A stretch of 64,000 bases of DNA from Felis catus (GCF_018350175.1 NC_058368.1:35776001-35840000), one strand, 5' to 3'. Counted from the first letter of the stretch, positions 26,370-40,379 are shown. A program made the numbers and translations. The notes: a model not told the origin generated them from the letters alone.

Positions 26370-27010
26370 TTCTTTCATTCAATAATTAGTTCCTGAACTC
26401 CTATCACAGGCCAAGCTCTGTTCTAGGAACAGGGGAGGGCAAACTGCAAGGGTGCCTGCCCTCCTGGAGCCTGCATTCTGGGGGAAAGGCAGGAGGGGGC
26501 TCCCACAGAAGCAAATACAAACATATGTCAGAGGATGACGAGCATAAAAGAGAAGGAGGCAGGGTAAGCATGCTGAGGGCTGGGTTTGCTATTTTACAAA
26601 GGATGGAGGGAATAAGCCTCTCTGATAAAGTGAAAATGGAGCAGAGATCCGCAGGGATGGACGGGGGGAGCATGCATACATTTAGAAAGGAAAAATGTTC
26701 TGGGCAGCAGGAACAGCAAGTACAGATCGGTGTGTTCTAGGGCCAGCAAAGAAGCTGGACAGCTAAAAAGGAGTAGGCCGGAGCAGTAGCGGCTGAAGCG
26801 AGGTCAGAGAAGTGAGGGGGACAGGTGGTTTGACCGTGTACAATTCGTATCCCACCGGAGGGTTTTGAGAAGAGCAACCTAATCCGACCTACACTTGAAC
26901 AAGCTCATCCTGACTGCCATGTTCAGAACAGACCAGAGGAGGACAGGATAGAAGCAAGGGGACCAGTGAAGAAACAACTCCAATAATCTACAGGAGAGAT
27001 GATGTGACTA
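26370..27010 (-). mobile_element. L2 LINE fragment
   Basis: ttcattcaata...tgccctcctggagcctgcattct...ggcagcaggaacagcaagtac...ccaataatctacaggagagatgatg. Confidence 0.8.
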
Positions 27011-28002
27011 GATTTGTTCTCCTCCTTCAGAGATCCAGAGAGATCATGAGATGTTAATTCCACCATGATCATTTGAATCCAGACTTCTTATTTTCCTACA
27101 TCCCACTCTCTACAGAAACTGGTCTTAATTCCAGGTTTTGCTTAGAAAGGGCCTTCTGTCTTTCACTCCATCTTAATTTGTAGCTGGACTTTCTCCAGGA
27201 CTTCCCGATGGTTCAGGGATTGGGAGCAGTTTGGTACTTGGAAGCAGAGGCCAATGTTAGCGACCTTGCCCGGGCGGTTGGAACGGAATTAGAATGATTG
27301 GATTCTAATTCTTGGACATTCTAATCTCTAAATCGGGCGAAAAGAACTGCTCTTTTTCTTCCATCTCCTTCCAAACGTCTTGGGAGAGCCCAGCTGGCCC
27401 TGAAGTCATAGCGCTCATTCACTTCTTTTGCCCCTGGGATCCTCTTACTCTCCACCCTCACGTACTGTCAACCCTAAACATAGGCATTTCCCTTAGAGAG
27501 CGCACCTGACTCCATGGCTTGAGCCTTAGGTTTTTGGATCCAAACTGTACACCTCCATGCTACACACTTTTGTGAGTTGCAGGTTTCACTTTCTATCTGT
27601 GTGCAGAATGTCTCCTCTTCCTCATGTCTAAATGCAGACTTCTTTTCTCCAGGGGAGAAAAACCAGCTCCTCTTCCTTACCTTCCCTCTTTTGCTTAAGG
27701 GTGTCACCATTTTCCTCCTTAGCCCGTTATTTCTCTCCCGGGGAAGGATAAAGGGGAGGAAATAGCAATTCTAATAATAGTGTATCTCTCTAGAAACTGC
27801 CCCCTTCCCTTTTATCCTGCAATCGCTTGGCCAGAAAGCTTTGTAACACTAGTCAAATAGTTCTCTGGTGGTAACTTCCTGTTTTGGAGGACCCTGGAAA
27901 AGAAGGATGTGTGGGGTGCATAAGACAGGCACATATACATTCCTTTGTCAGGCCACAATACTTTTGCTGACAAGGGTCCCCAAAGGAATGTAACGCTGAA
28001 GG

Positions 28003-28349
28003 GTGTGGCAGACACGGTGCTCAGCAAACACTCCCTGGGCTTCCCTACATTTCCTGGACTACTCTGCAATTAGGTGGGATCATGTGACTACCTCAGATCT
28101 CTTAGGGGTTGAAGTGACATGTGTCACATTTGGGATCAGGCACTTAAGAGCTAAAGTGTCTCTTCCACCCTTCTTTCCCTTCAGAGGAGACAGTGGGCTT
28201 TCAGAGGATTTAGCTACAAGATAGAGGAAGGCTGCCTGATCTAGACTGGACCCCATGGGGGAGGGAGATAAACCTCTACTGTGTTCCATCAGTGGAGGTG
28301 CCAGGGCTCGCCTGCTTTGACAGGAAATCTTTGTTACCCTGACTAATAA
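28003..28349 (+). mobile_element. MaLR solo LTR (MLT1I/J-like)
   Basis: tgtggcagac start, catttcc...tgcaattaggtgggatcatgtgact, gaagtgacatgtgtcac, ccctgactaata end. Confidence 0.75.
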
Positions 28350-28673
28350 CGATTGGTTGGTTCTCCTTGCGAGATCAACCCTAAATACAGCATCTTGGTA
28401 TTCCTCTCATTCTAAAATTTATCAGAAATCTTCATTTCCATTAATAATCCCTTCTAGTACCATCATTAGGATAATGAGTCCAAAAACATTTACTTTATAA
28501 AGGAAATTACTTGTATCAAATTCCAAGGATACAGATATTTTTTTTTCTAGTATTGGGGGATCTGGTAAATAAGTCTTGGTTAACACAAAATCATCTCTTT
28601 CTCTGACCCAGTTAGAAAATATATACATATATATTTACTTATTTATTTCATATATGCATATGTATACATACAC

Positions 28674-28683
<10 letters not shown>

Positions 28684-28730
<47 letters not shown>

Positions 28731-28741
28731 AACACACACAC
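28684..28741. repeat. (TA)n/(CA)n microsatellite
   Basis: Direct reading. Confidence 0.95.
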
Positions 28742-28959
28742 ATTATGTTCTCTCTCAGCCTGTCTTCGATCCAGAAAAATCATACATTTAGAAACTGCTT
28801 TTCCTCTTCTGTTCATTTTAGTGCTTTAGTCCATTTACCCATTTTGAGGGATATCACATCTATCGATACTAAATCTTTGAAATACAGATACAACAACATT
28901 CTGTGTCTGTGAATTTTTAAAAATTTGACTGAAAGTAACCATTGGATGTTAATTAGATG

Positions 28960-29230
28960 TCACTCTACAGCTATCTCTGAAATCCCTTTGTCCACCCTAC
29001 AGTCTAAATTAGGTGCCCCTCCAGTCTCCCAAAGCATTTTGGCATGTGTGTGGAGGCAGTTATCACATTACAGCATAAAATGCTTTATTATCTGTCTCCT
29101 TCCCCAAACTGTAACTTATGTGAGGTCAGCTGCCAAGTTTGTCTTGGTCACTGTGTATTTCTAGTACTTAATTTAGGACTGAGTTTATAACTGAAGCTCA
29201 ATAAATATTCGTTCACTCACTCAATAAGTG
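28960..29230 (+). mobile_element. L2 LINE 3' end
   Basis: tgtctccttccccaaactgtaact...gctcaataaatattcgtt. Confidence 0.7.
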
Positions 29231-30409
29231 GATTGAAGAAAATCACTGTAACTTTTTAGCTAATTCAAGACCACCATCTTAAAATATGACTTCTTATTGT
29301 CGGGATTATGACCTTTTTCTTAGGGAAAAGGTTCAAACCTTAACTGGATTTTCAAAGGAATTTGGGTACTCTTCAAAGAGGCCAAAAAAAAAAAAAAAAA
29401 AGCCACTGTTTCAAAGTCACATACATGTACTGGATTTTCAATGACCAGCTATACAGCGTTGCATTTGCCCCTTTTAACACTCAACTGCCCACCTGCACAG
29501 AGCAGCATGCTGTTTCCTGAGGATACTCACCAATTTATTGACTTTCTACAAGAAAGTTGTGCATTCCCTAAAACCTCTGATATTTGACCAAGTCCTGCCT
29601 TTTTCCAGATTATTTGTAAAAGTGTTAGGTAAGCCTAGAGCTAATATCAATCCTTGAAGAAACCTAGTCCTCACACTTGTCAACCTTTTATTCTGTTTTC
29701 TTTTTCTAAGAGAGATCCTTTACCATAATCAATCATCTCATCTAACCTCAGAAAATGAAGATCCATATTTATTTTCCCAAGTTGGCTATAGGAGTTACAT
29801 TTTTACATACCTCTGAGCAGGAAGACAACATGTAACACCTAGACATCTTCAGTTTTAAAACCTTCATTTGTCAGATAAGAAAGTGTCTTATCTTTCTAAC
29901 CAGATATTTTTCTGTTTCCTAATATATAATATACTGCAGACTGAGCCATTTATAATTAAAAAAAGAAAATCCATGCTTAACTAATTGAATGTAGTTATTT
30001 TCAATCTTAAAAAAAAAAACCTAAATGTAAAAATTTGGAAATGAATAACTGCATTGATTTTCTTACTAGATATTAAATTCACAGTGTGGAAAAGGTGTTA
30101 TTTAAAAAGTGTATGCTAACACAGTTTGATCGTATTCTAGGGACTCGTGGAAAAGGATTTCTAAAAACCAAACTCAAACACACACCTTCCCTGACTCTTC
30201 ACACTGCATATTTAGTGATGCACTTATGAAGGCATTATATGACTTTACGAGTCACTTTCAGGTTTTTTGTTTTTTTTTTTAAATTAGCAACAGCAGAGGA
30301 AACAGAGCTAATTTTTAAACCTTGAGTCCCCCCCTCCTCTTAATATAAAGTGAGTAAACAAAACATGGAAATATATAGACATATTGTTTACTTTTAGATA
30401 AACTTTAAG

Positions 30410-30735
30410 AAATCTGTCCAGGTTGTATGTGATCTAGCTCTCTATGCTCCTCTGATCTAATCTCCTTCTTGTCTCCCATTAATCCCTCCATCATACACCA
30501 GGCTCCTTGATGTTTTTTCAAAATGTCTCAGGTTCTTGCCTTTAGCCTTCTTCCCTCATCCGCCTGCACGGCTCGCTTACTCCGCCATCTCCTTCATGTC
30601 TATCCTCAGCTATCGACCTGTGGGGGAGGCCTTCCCTCATGTCTTCATTTAAAACTATACCTCCTCATGTCCCACACTGCCAATATTTAACATTCTCTAT
30701 CCCCTTTCCTACCTAATTTTTTAAAAAAAATATAC
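30410..30735 (+). mobile_element. L2 fragment (continues at ~32140-32260)
   Basis: ctgcacggctcgcttactcc...gaggccttccct; 3' part ttcaccatctaacatactatg...gagggctaggggttttgtctc after intervening elements. Confidence 0.6.
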
Positions 30736-30794
30736 TGCTTCTGACTCCATTCCTCTTTTCCTTCTGGGATTCTAATTGTAAGCATGTAGATCTG

Positions 30795-31045
30795 AACTGT
30801 CCAATATGGTAGCCATAGCCACATATGACTATGGAGCACTTGGAATGGAAAACCCAAAAACGAGATGTCGTGAGGTATAAAATATACATCAATTTCAAAG
30901 ACTTTGCAGTGAATAAAAACAAAGTAGCTGATTAGTATTTACATGCTAATTATAGGTTGAAATAATACTTGAATACATTGGGTTATATAAATTAATTTCA
31001 ACTGCTTAAGTTACATATGTGTCCAGCCACTGCAGGACAGGGCTA
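30795..31045 (-). mobile_element. MER33 hAT-Charlie DNA transposon
   Basis: ctgtccaatatggtagccatagccacatatgactatggagcacttg... aatttcaaagact... ggacagggct. Confidence 0.8.
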
Positions 31046-31104
31046 TTAAATCTTTTCGTGTGTCTCATGTCTATTACACGGTTTTTTTTTTTTTTTTTTT
31101 TTTT

Positions 31105-32110
31105 GTTTCTTCTTTTTCCTCTCTGTGCTTCTGACTGGATATTTTCCAGCTGTCTTCCAGTTCACCAAATCTGTTTTCTGTTTGTCTAAACTGACATTTA
31201 ATCATAATTTTATCAGATCCACTTAATTTCAGATTTTATATCTTTCAATTCTAGAATTCCATGATTCTTTTTTGAGACTCTAATTTTCTGGTAAAACACT
31301 CCATCTTCTCATCTATTTTATTTTTATCTTCTTGGCTATTTTAATCTCAATTAAAGTCCTTGTCTAATAACTCTAATTTGTGGATCATCGGTGTATCACT
31401 ATTTTGTGTATGTGCACATGTTCATACGTCCTGTCTCCTGATGTGCCAAGGAATGTTGTACTAAAATCTGGACGTTATATACATATTAAAAAACAAATAA
31501 CAACAAAACAACAAGACCCAGGATGCTCCATATGATACTGTCTTCTACCTGAGGGTTCACACTTTCCTCTCCCAGGAAGAATGAATGACTACTTTAATCT
31601 AAGCACAGGCTGAACTGACTCTAGGCTAAGTTGCAGATTTAGTAAGACTTAGTCTAGTCTGATTTGTCCCAGTTCCTGGTTCCTAGGATATAGCTCTCTA
31701 GAGTTACAAGAGACCTCCTGGCAGGTTATTTCCTCAACAAGATGTCCTCTGTTTACTTTTCATCTTGTGCAGCAACTCAGGGTCCACAACTTCCGAATAC
31801 AGTAAACAGACTTTCTACTGTAACTGGGGAAACTGACGCTTTGCTGAGGCCCTCCCAGTCTCGCTTCCTGCTGGTCCCGCTACACACAACTGCCAAAACT
31901 TGGCTGGTTTCACTCCTCTGAAGTTGACACCCCACTGCTGGGGCCAAGGCCCGATTCCCAGTGTCCAGCCTTAGCAGCTGTAGGTATTACCTCACAGGGG
32001 CAGTATACACATCTCAGCTCCAAGTACAAGGAAAGGTGGACCCCTCTGGGAATGGTAGTCGCTTTCATTATCTGGCGGGGCTCCTGATCTGCCACCAGCT
32101 CCACTCCCAC
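31105..32110 (-). mobile_element. Old L1M/HAL1-type 5'/ORF1 region
   Basis: ctgtcttccagttcac...tttcaattctagaattcca...taaagtccttgtctaataactcta typical of antisense L1ME ORF1. Confidence 0.6.
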
Positions 32111-32689
32111 CCCAAAGCAGATGCTTTTTTTTTTTTTCCACTTCACCATCTAACATACTATGTTTTATTTATTTAGTTTATCATGTTCTTTCCTCAGAAT
32201 TTATCCTCCGGGAGGGCTAGGGGTTTTGTCTCTTTTTCACATCTGTATCCTCAGTTCTCAAAAAATATGGAAAGGATAAAAGAATGAATTTATAACCACT
32301 GTGCTGCTAAGATAAGAAAAACCTGAATAAAACTGACTCTTAAGTAAAGATGAACTGATCTGCCTTGCCAAGAAATAGATATTTATTCTGCCATCATTTA
32401 CTGGGCCCTTGCTATGTGCCAAACGGTATGTGAAGGGTTGGGCATTCAGAAATGAATGCGGCACATTCCCTACCCCCAAAGAAACAGATCGGCCAGAAAG
32501 CAGAGATTAAAAAACAAAACAAAAACCAAAACACAAAAAACCAAAATGTTCTTTCTTGACTCGTGACAAGAGAGCAACAATGGATTTTTAAACATTTGAG
32601 GACCCTAATTATCAAGAAACCCCATCAAAAGTTTCTCTGGGAGGTTTCTCGTACTCCCATTGGTGTCCTTCTCATTCTGCTCAGAACAA

Positions 32690-33010
32690 TATGCCAACTT
32701 GTCTATAATTGCCTTCAAGGCCCACAGCGTCTTTGTTTTCAAGGATGTCAAAAAATTTTCCCCCTGAGAGTAGATGTGACCTGACCAAAAAAATCAGCCC
32801 TTTGGAGCGAGGTTTGATTAAAAAAAGAAAAAGAAGAAAGAAAAAAAAGAAAGAAAAACAATAGAAACTCATAAAATCACTTCTGATCAATGAGGGAAGA
32901 CTATGAAGTAACAGGCCTTTTCTTGTGCGGCTTGTAAACTAGCTCTGAAGGTAATTTCAAGAAAATGGAGTATTTGCGAGAGTGGAAATATTGTTGAAGT
33001 ATTTTAGTAT
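32690..33010. mobile_element. MARNA-like mariner relic
   Basis: aattgccttcaag...aaaatcagcc and gctctgaaggtaatttcaagaaa resemble the recalled MARNA consensus. Confidence 0.4.
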
Positions 33011-34719
33011 TTTGTTTCGGTATTTTAGTCTATGGTGAAATACTTAATTTACAGGATTTACAATGCTAATGAAAGGTGAGATATGAATACGTGGAAAAAC
33101 AACTAGTATAGTAAGAATACAGAAGTAGATTAGGAATTGTTATGGTGAAGGAAATTTCTACATTTTACAAAGCCAGTATTTCACAGCTGAGGCAATGCTT
33201 TCCTGTGCTCATCTTAGAAAGGTCTTAACAATTCTATTTGTGTTTCCTAATACTGAGCCATGCCCATAAATGCTTCAGTTTTCCTCCTACGATGTTATTA
33301 CCCACTTAAGATACACGAGTGCATATATTTTTTGCATCTTCCGATTCTGAATCACCTGCAAACTTAAACTTTATGATGTGTATAATAAGAGACAGCAGTC
33401 AAGAAGAAGGCCACCTTTCCCCATTTCCAGGTGAGGAGCTACTAGGTCAAGCAGCAAAGAAGAAAGAAAAGAGAAGCATTACAAACCTGAATAAAATACA
33501 AACTACAAAATTCAACGTTAGCTGCAAATAATGGTGATTAAGTTACTTCAATACATTTTCTTAATATAGTTTGGAAAAGGCTGACATTTTTATTTATAAA
33601 CTCTTAGAACACCCAAGATGAAGAGACTCTCGAACGTGTCCAAAAGCCATAAGCCACCACTTTAAGATACTATTTCTTTTGTTATCGAGAGTCCTGAACA
33701 AAATAAGCTTCAACTATGGCAGGTCTGCTACGAATAACAGGAAATAAAGTAGGCCCCGAGAGGTCGCCTTGTTTCCTTTTCCTTTTTCTCTCCTGTTGTC
33801 ATTCTCAGATTACTATTGATAAGTTAGATTAGTTATATTAGCATTTTTGGGCAATAGAGTTAAATTGATATCCTCACACTGAAACGACCAACAAAAATAT
33901 GTTAATATTTTATATTAGTAACATAATTTCCATGGGAATATTGATTGAGTAGAATTGACACATACATATAAATGCAAGGAAGTAATTATGATTGTATTAT
34001 TAGCAGTTATTGTGGCAATAATTTCAGAAAATGGTTATATCCATCTGTCTGAGAAAACAGACTTTAACACAAAATGAAGTCATATTCATTACATGAAAGA
34101 AGTGATTAGAACCTAGTAGTAAAGCCAGCTAAATGTGTTTCCAGCAAGCTCCAAGTTTAAGTTTTAATGCATTTTTAAATGTTTCTGGTCTCAAAACATT
34201 GAACAGCTGACAATTTCCCCCAAGAGAACAATACCTTGAGGGGAAAAGCAATTAGAATATGGATTGACCAGCAATCAGTAATCATTACTTGGTACATTAA
34301 ATGCACTACGCTGGCACCTGGTTAAGTAATTTAGAAACTGGTTAAATATCTGGAAAACAGGGCTTTCTCAAGTTAAATGTGAAAGCTCAGAGAAATAAAA
34401 TGGACTTTCTCACAGTTACAACGTATCAGGAAGAAAACTGCAGAATAAGGTTTTAGAAAGTTAAAATTGAGTGAACATATTAAAGGCAATTGGAATCAAA
34501 GGGACTGAAGTAGAAAATCTGGTATTTCTGGAAAGTTTAAATTCCCCCAAGTTTATAACTCACAAGAGTGGATGATACATCTCATAGCAAGGTTTAATAT
34601 TTCTGTGAAGATGGTTTAAATAAACTGTACAATTTGGGAAAAGGTTTTTATGAAATTCTTAAACTATAGGAGGAGAAATGAAAATCAGTTACTCATCAAG
34701 TGAGACAAGACCTTCCACA

Positions 34720-35460
34720 AACCCCCTTCACTGGTGACATTTCCCAACTGCCTCACTGTAGCCCACATTCGCTACCTTCCCTCCCATTTCTACCTATGAA
34801 CTGTGCACTAACAAGGTCAACCCCTCCACTTGCAACCCAGACCTCAATCTCTCATCCAAGGCCAGTGCTACAACAATCCACTCATCTTTTTTCTAACTTC
34901 ATCAATTTCTCCCTATGTCACTGTTGCCTTTAGCAAACAAACAGGCTATTTCCCTATCTTGACCCCGACTCCTTCTACTAAACCATTTCTTTCCCTTGTT
35001 TTATAGCAAACTGCCTTGAAAGAATTATCTAGAACCTCAGTTTCTAATTTCTCCTGTTCCTTCTTGAATGCATTTCAGTCAGTATTTGTCTTACCCACGG
35101 CACCCAAACTGGTCTCCTCAGTCACCAGTCTCCTCATTCTCGAATCCAATAGTCCTTCCTCAGGCCTCAGCTCACTTGACCGCTCAGCAGTACTGGGCAC
35201 AGCTGTCCCTCTCTCCTTCCTGAAATTTCCTTCTTTCTAGCTTCCAGGACATCAGCCTTGTGTGGCTTTCCTTCTAGTGCTCTGATGTGTCCTCCTCACC
35301 ATCCTGAGCCCTAAATGTTAGTGAGTCTCAGGGCTCAGTCTTTGAAAACTGTCTCCCTTCTATTCACACTTATTTCCAAAGCAATGTACTGTACTCACAT
35401 TACTCACCATTTGTATACTGAGAATTCCCAAATTTATATTCCATAGCTCTGACCTGTTTT
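34720..35460 (+). mobile_element. L2 LINE ORF2 fragment
   Basis: ttctagcttccaggacatc...tctcagggctcagtc...tatactgagaattcccaaatttatatt (PQGSV / YADD-region relic). Confidence 0.8.
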
Positions 35461-35990
35461 TGGAAGGCGTTTCTTGAATATTTTAAGTAAGATGTATTGT
35501 TTTTATAATTATCTCCTCCACTCAGAAAACAAAACAAAATGCTGCTTTTCTTCTGGATTAAAAAAAAAAAATAAAACACAACTCTGTTTTGGACAATCAA
35601 AACTAATTTAAAAATGAATTTATTAAAAAAAACATTATTGGCAAGATTTTTCTTAATTGCTAGGTATGAGAGATATAAAAATGAATAAAGCAATTTCAAA
35701 ATCATCTGTCCTCCCATAACCTAGGATAACTATATTCAGACACATAGAAACTCATTAGAATCTATTAAACAATGCAAAAGATATATTTGAAATGAAACAG
35801 TACCTGATTAAAGTTTCTAAATGGGCACATGTCTTGTACTCTTTCATATTTTTAATGAATAGCTTTTATTTTTAAGTGAGCCTGTAATTTTATAGAATTA
35901 CTAATTTAACATGATTTACTTTTATTAAATCGGTCTTTTTGAATAACAGATTGTTGACACCTGGGGTTGTGCTAAAAAAAACAAATATAC

Positions 35991-36156
35991 CATGACGGTT
36001 CGTGAGTTTGAGTCCTGCATAGGGCTCTATGCTGACAGCTCAGAGCCTGGAGCCTGCTTTGGATTCTGTGTCTGTCTATCTCTCTCTCTCTCTGCCCCTC
36101 TCCCCCTTGTGCTCTGTTTCTCTCAAAAATAAATATTAAAAACATTAAAAAAAAAA
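35991..36156 (+). mobile_element. 5'-truncated carnivore SINE
   Basis: Starts mid-head (catgacggttcgtgagtttgag), (CT)n, poly(A). Confidence 0.9.
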
Positions 36157-36262
36157 GTCAAACATCTTATTATTACAGACTTCGAGTAAAAAAGCCAACC
36201 TTCATTATTGTTATTTCAAATGTATTCTGTGCCTTCAATCTTAGTTTAAAAATGACACATCA

Positions 36263-36483
36263 GGGGCTCCTGGGTGGCGCAGTCAGTTAAGCGTCCGACT
36301 TCAGCCAGGTCACGATTTCGCGGTCCGGGAGTTCGAGCCCCGCGTCAGGCTCTGGGCTGATGGCTCAGAGCCTGGAGCTTGTTTCCGATTCTGTGTCTCC
36401 CTCTCTCTCTGCCCCTCCCCTGTTCATGCTCTGTGTCTCTCTGTCCCCAAAAAAAATAAACGTTGAAAAAAAAAATAAAAAAA
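36263..36483 (+). mobile_element. Young SINEC_Fc
   Basis: CpG-rich gtggcgcagtc...cagccaggtcacgat...gggctgatggctcag; perfect 16-bp TSD taaaaatgacacatca. Confidence 0.97.
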
Positions 36484-36679
36484 TAAAAATGACACATCAA
36501 ATGACAACCCAAACTGCAATTGGAGAATAGTATGCAGTTAAAAATATGGGACTACATTAGGGGTATATTAATAAAATGGTGATCTGACTCTCAAAAAAGT
36601 AGAATTTCCATTGAACTTGAACTCAATCCTTACCAATGCAATTATTGCTAAACAATCAAGGAAGAGGGAATAATAAAGA

Positions 36680-36910
36680 ACTTGCTCAATCAATAATGTG
36701 GTTAAAAACAAGAGGTTGAATTCTGGCTTTGTCTCTCCCAAGGTGTGTGAGCCTGGGGAAGTCTAAGTTTTAGTTTCTTTACCTGTAAAATAAAGATTAT
36801 ATACGCTTCCACCTTGTGACTGTTATAATTACTGAGTTAATATATGTAAATATCTTGGCATAGTGGCTGATATATAAACTAATGGCTTAACAAGTGTTAG
36901 TTATTATTAC
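36680..36910 (+). mobile_element. MIR SINE
   Basis: gtgtgagcctggggaagtc...agtttctttacctgtaaaat...aagtgttagttattatt. Confidence 0.7.
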
Positions 36911-37689
36911 CCTTACATTTAATTTCTTAAACATGTTTACTACGTGTTGTTTTTTCCTAAGAAGTTTTTTTCACTAAAGCTATTCAAATGAACAAGTATC
37001 AAAAATAATTAAAACAAAGAGAATATTCACACTGTGTCTGAATTCTGCCTGCAAGTTTTTTATACAAAACAGTTTATTACAGAGAACAAAGCTAGACTTT
37101 GAAATCAGTTTGTTCCGACAAAAAGACAAAAAAAAAAAAAAAAAAAAGGCTCAAAGGATGTAATTGAATGACTATAACGCACCCTGGCCAAGAAACAAGG
37201 CTTTAACTTGCTCTTTAAAGTACATGCAAGTGAGCATTGTTCTTTCCATTTTAATATAGACTTTCCACCTCTAAATTGACTTTCTGAAATAGTTAGATAA
37301 TTGTTGTACACTTTTAAGTCACTTTGTCAGTGTTCTTGAACTGTGAAAGTAATTCAGCGTTGAACTCATAAAATATACTCTCCAAGGTCCAAGTTTAAGT
37401 GAGCATAGTGATTTGTTTCCTAACAATAGAGCCCAACTAAATTTAAAAACTCCTTTGTGCTGGACAGTCCTTGAAGCTTTGAGTGCCTTTCTTATCTGTA
37501 GCTGTTCCAAGCCAACGGCAGTTTTTTGTGCATATAATCTACATCACCACCCCCACAACTGCCATGTCCCAAAACTCCATTACCTCCGTTCCTCCCACAC
37601 TATCCCCATTGCCTCAATGATTCCCTCCATCACTGTTACAACCACTGCCATCATTCCTTCCACCACCGCTAATGATAGATACGAATACA

Positions 37690-37890
37690 CTAAACCCATA
37701 CAGGTAATGGGTCTCTAATTCTCAGAACAACTTGAGACCTGCTGTATCTCCTTTATGGATGAGAAAATCAAGGCACAGGGAACTTGATAATTCTCGGCCT
37801 ATGTTCATATATTTGGTGGACAGCAAAGCCAGAAGTTAGATCAAAGTTTTAATGACTACAATGCGTGTGTTCTTTCCATGGCCTAGTGTA
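37690..37890 (-). mobile_element. MIR SINE
   Basis: tttatggatgagaaaatcaaggcacagg. Confidence 0.6.
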
Positions 37891-38399
37891 TCACGTGGAC
37901 AGTGTTAATGCCAAAAACAAACAAACAGAAAGTTGCCATGCTTCGCATCCTGCAGCTGTGGTGAGGGCTCACTGGACAATGGGCAGGAGATGCTGTGCTA
38001 TAGGACATTCTGCATCCTATAGTTAGATTCTCTAACTCGCCCTATAAACTCCACTTACAGGACAAACAAACACACAGAAGGGCACAAATAGTATGGGGAC
38101 ATTAAAGTCAAGAAACAGAGAGAAGACAGTGGGTCAGAGCCATAATGTCAAGAAAAACAGTGTCAACATATTCCAGAAAGGTATGGGCATTACATCTGCT
38201 GTCAATGACAACAGAAACAGATAGAGGCAGAGACACAAAGAGGGTAGGTACATCATCAGGATGACACGGCACCCTCGTGGCAATGGCAATGGCAATATCC
38301 TGAATAGCATTCTAGTTCTCCAAGCAGTTGACTGGGTAGCGGCCAACATGCTTTTTTCAAATGTTTTTGGGCTCCTCTTTCTCTAACCAAGCAGTGATC

Positions 38400-38885
38400 T
38401 TTTCCTTAGGAAGCAACAGTCTTATCCATCTGCTCAAGTCAATAACTCATGAGTGCAAGGTTTATTCTGCACAACCTCTTACCATGTTCTATACTTTCTC
38501 TCTATCCTCACTGCTTCAATTCTGGTCCAAGTGACCGCCATGTCTTGTCAGGATCATGGCAGTTTCCTCCTAAATGGTCTCTAGTCAGTCTACTCTTGTG
38601 TCTCCCAATCCCTGCTCCACACACCCACCTTCTGCATGCAGACATATCTGGTTCTCATTTGACACATCATTTCTTTGGGGAAGCTCAAAGTCTTTCTGTT
38701 GTTGGGTCTTTTGTCACCATCTTCTTTCTTCACACTTACCACACTTCTATTACTTGTTCATTTTAATAAATCTTTCTTTCTAGACTCTTTGACGTCAATA
38801 TCGTGTTTGTTTTGTTTAATCCTATACTCCAAGTATAGTGTGTGGCCTATAAGAAGTGTATAATAAATATTTGCTTAATAAATTC
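38400..38885 (+). mobile_element. L2 LINE 3' fragment
   Basis: atccatctgctcaagtca...gcagtttcctcctaaatggtctc...aataaatatttgctta. Confidence 0.65.
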
Positions 38886-40379
38886 TATTTGTGTTACACA
38901 TCATCTGTAGTAACTTGAAGATCTATTTTTTTTGAAACTTAAAAAAAAAAGATCATCAATATCAATATCTGATCTGAAATGTATTTATGAATATTTCACA
39001 ATTAATGGAACTAGAATCCAGCCCGCTTCCATTAAGGACTGCCATTATGCATGCACTGTGCTAGGTGATCTGGGATGGGGAAGGGTGGGGGCACAGTATG
39101 CAAAGGGAAGTCCCCAACAATGGGATGACATGATTGGATCTGTTTCTTGGATAGAAAACTGTGGTGGCAGTGGGTGGGCGCAAGGGTGTTAAGTCTTAAA
39201 GAAGAAAGAGTAGTTGGAGGGCTATTAGAATACTCTAGATGAGAGGCTACTTTGATCGAAGAGCCAGTGTCCAATGGCCATCTGACCTTGTTCTGGCCAC
39301 TAAGAGTTAAAAAGTTTGTTAAAGGACCTCTGAGAAAGATTTTCCTTCCTAAAACCACAGACTCAAGAAAAGACAGCCCTTCCCCAGACCCAGATGTCTC
39401 TGGACACAGCTGAGTATGGATATGATACCAATTACCTTGCAAGCAGGAGTCTGTGAGCCCGAGGACAATGGCCCTGATGGTCAATGAGTAAGGTTAAAAA
39501 GAGTCCAAACCTTTGATGAGGCTGTTGCCCCCTCAATCAAAAGTGAAAACAAGTATTACCTAAAACAAACTTAAGGATCTGAAACCTCTGTTTCTGCTTA
39601 CTTTTTTCTCCTCCCTCCTCTTCTAACACTGTGACACATCCTCAACTTTACCTTCAGAGTGTTTTTTCTGCTCCTCCCATCTCCACCAGTGAGGAACCTC
39701 CAACATTAAGGAACAGATTATGATATAAGTGCCTTAAATGAAAGATGTGTTTATTATATCATGTATCAAGAAATCTAAGCTTCTTTGTCTTTCAAGGGCC
39801 TGAGTGGGGTGCTGAGGGAGCTGGCAGGGGAGTGGAGAGGATGCGATTCCATTTGCTGGCAAGTAATACACAGCTCAATTTTATAAGAAAAATGTTTTTG
39901 GTGAGCAAACATTTGTTACCGTTTTTACAGAACCATCTATTATCTAGAAGTTAATGAGGGCACATCATTTTCTCTGCCCTCAAAGAATTCTTCTTCAGAA
40001 TTCACCTCAAGAAGAAATCACAAATTACCTGCTTAGCAAAATTCCCAGCACATGGTGGGTGATCAAATATTTGTTTAATGCATCTGTTCTATAGTATTAT
40101 GTTTTTGAGGATTCTAAAGAAACCTTGTGAAGGCGAAATCTTCTGGATATGGCATGTGATTAGAGGAGGGTATGAGAAAACAAATCATTAGCAAGTCCTA
40201 ATTTTGAGCTTTGGAAGTCTTTAGACACAAAACTCAGTCATTCATATAAATCTCAAATTCTTCATAACAGTCCTGTAAGGCCAACAATTCTGTCTGCCAT
40301 CTTGTAACTAGTAAGGAGGTCATTTTGCCCTAAGGGAGGTCAGCCTATCATTGCACAGTCAAGTTAGAATATTCTTTTT

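Noticed and set aside
39072..39091. Canonical G-quadruplex motif
   Set aside because: A single common motif in repeat-derived sequence with no supporting context.
39032..39484. Longest ORF (150 aa, minus)
   Set aside because: Non-ATG start, overlaps L2-like sequence, no recognisable domain or splice structure.
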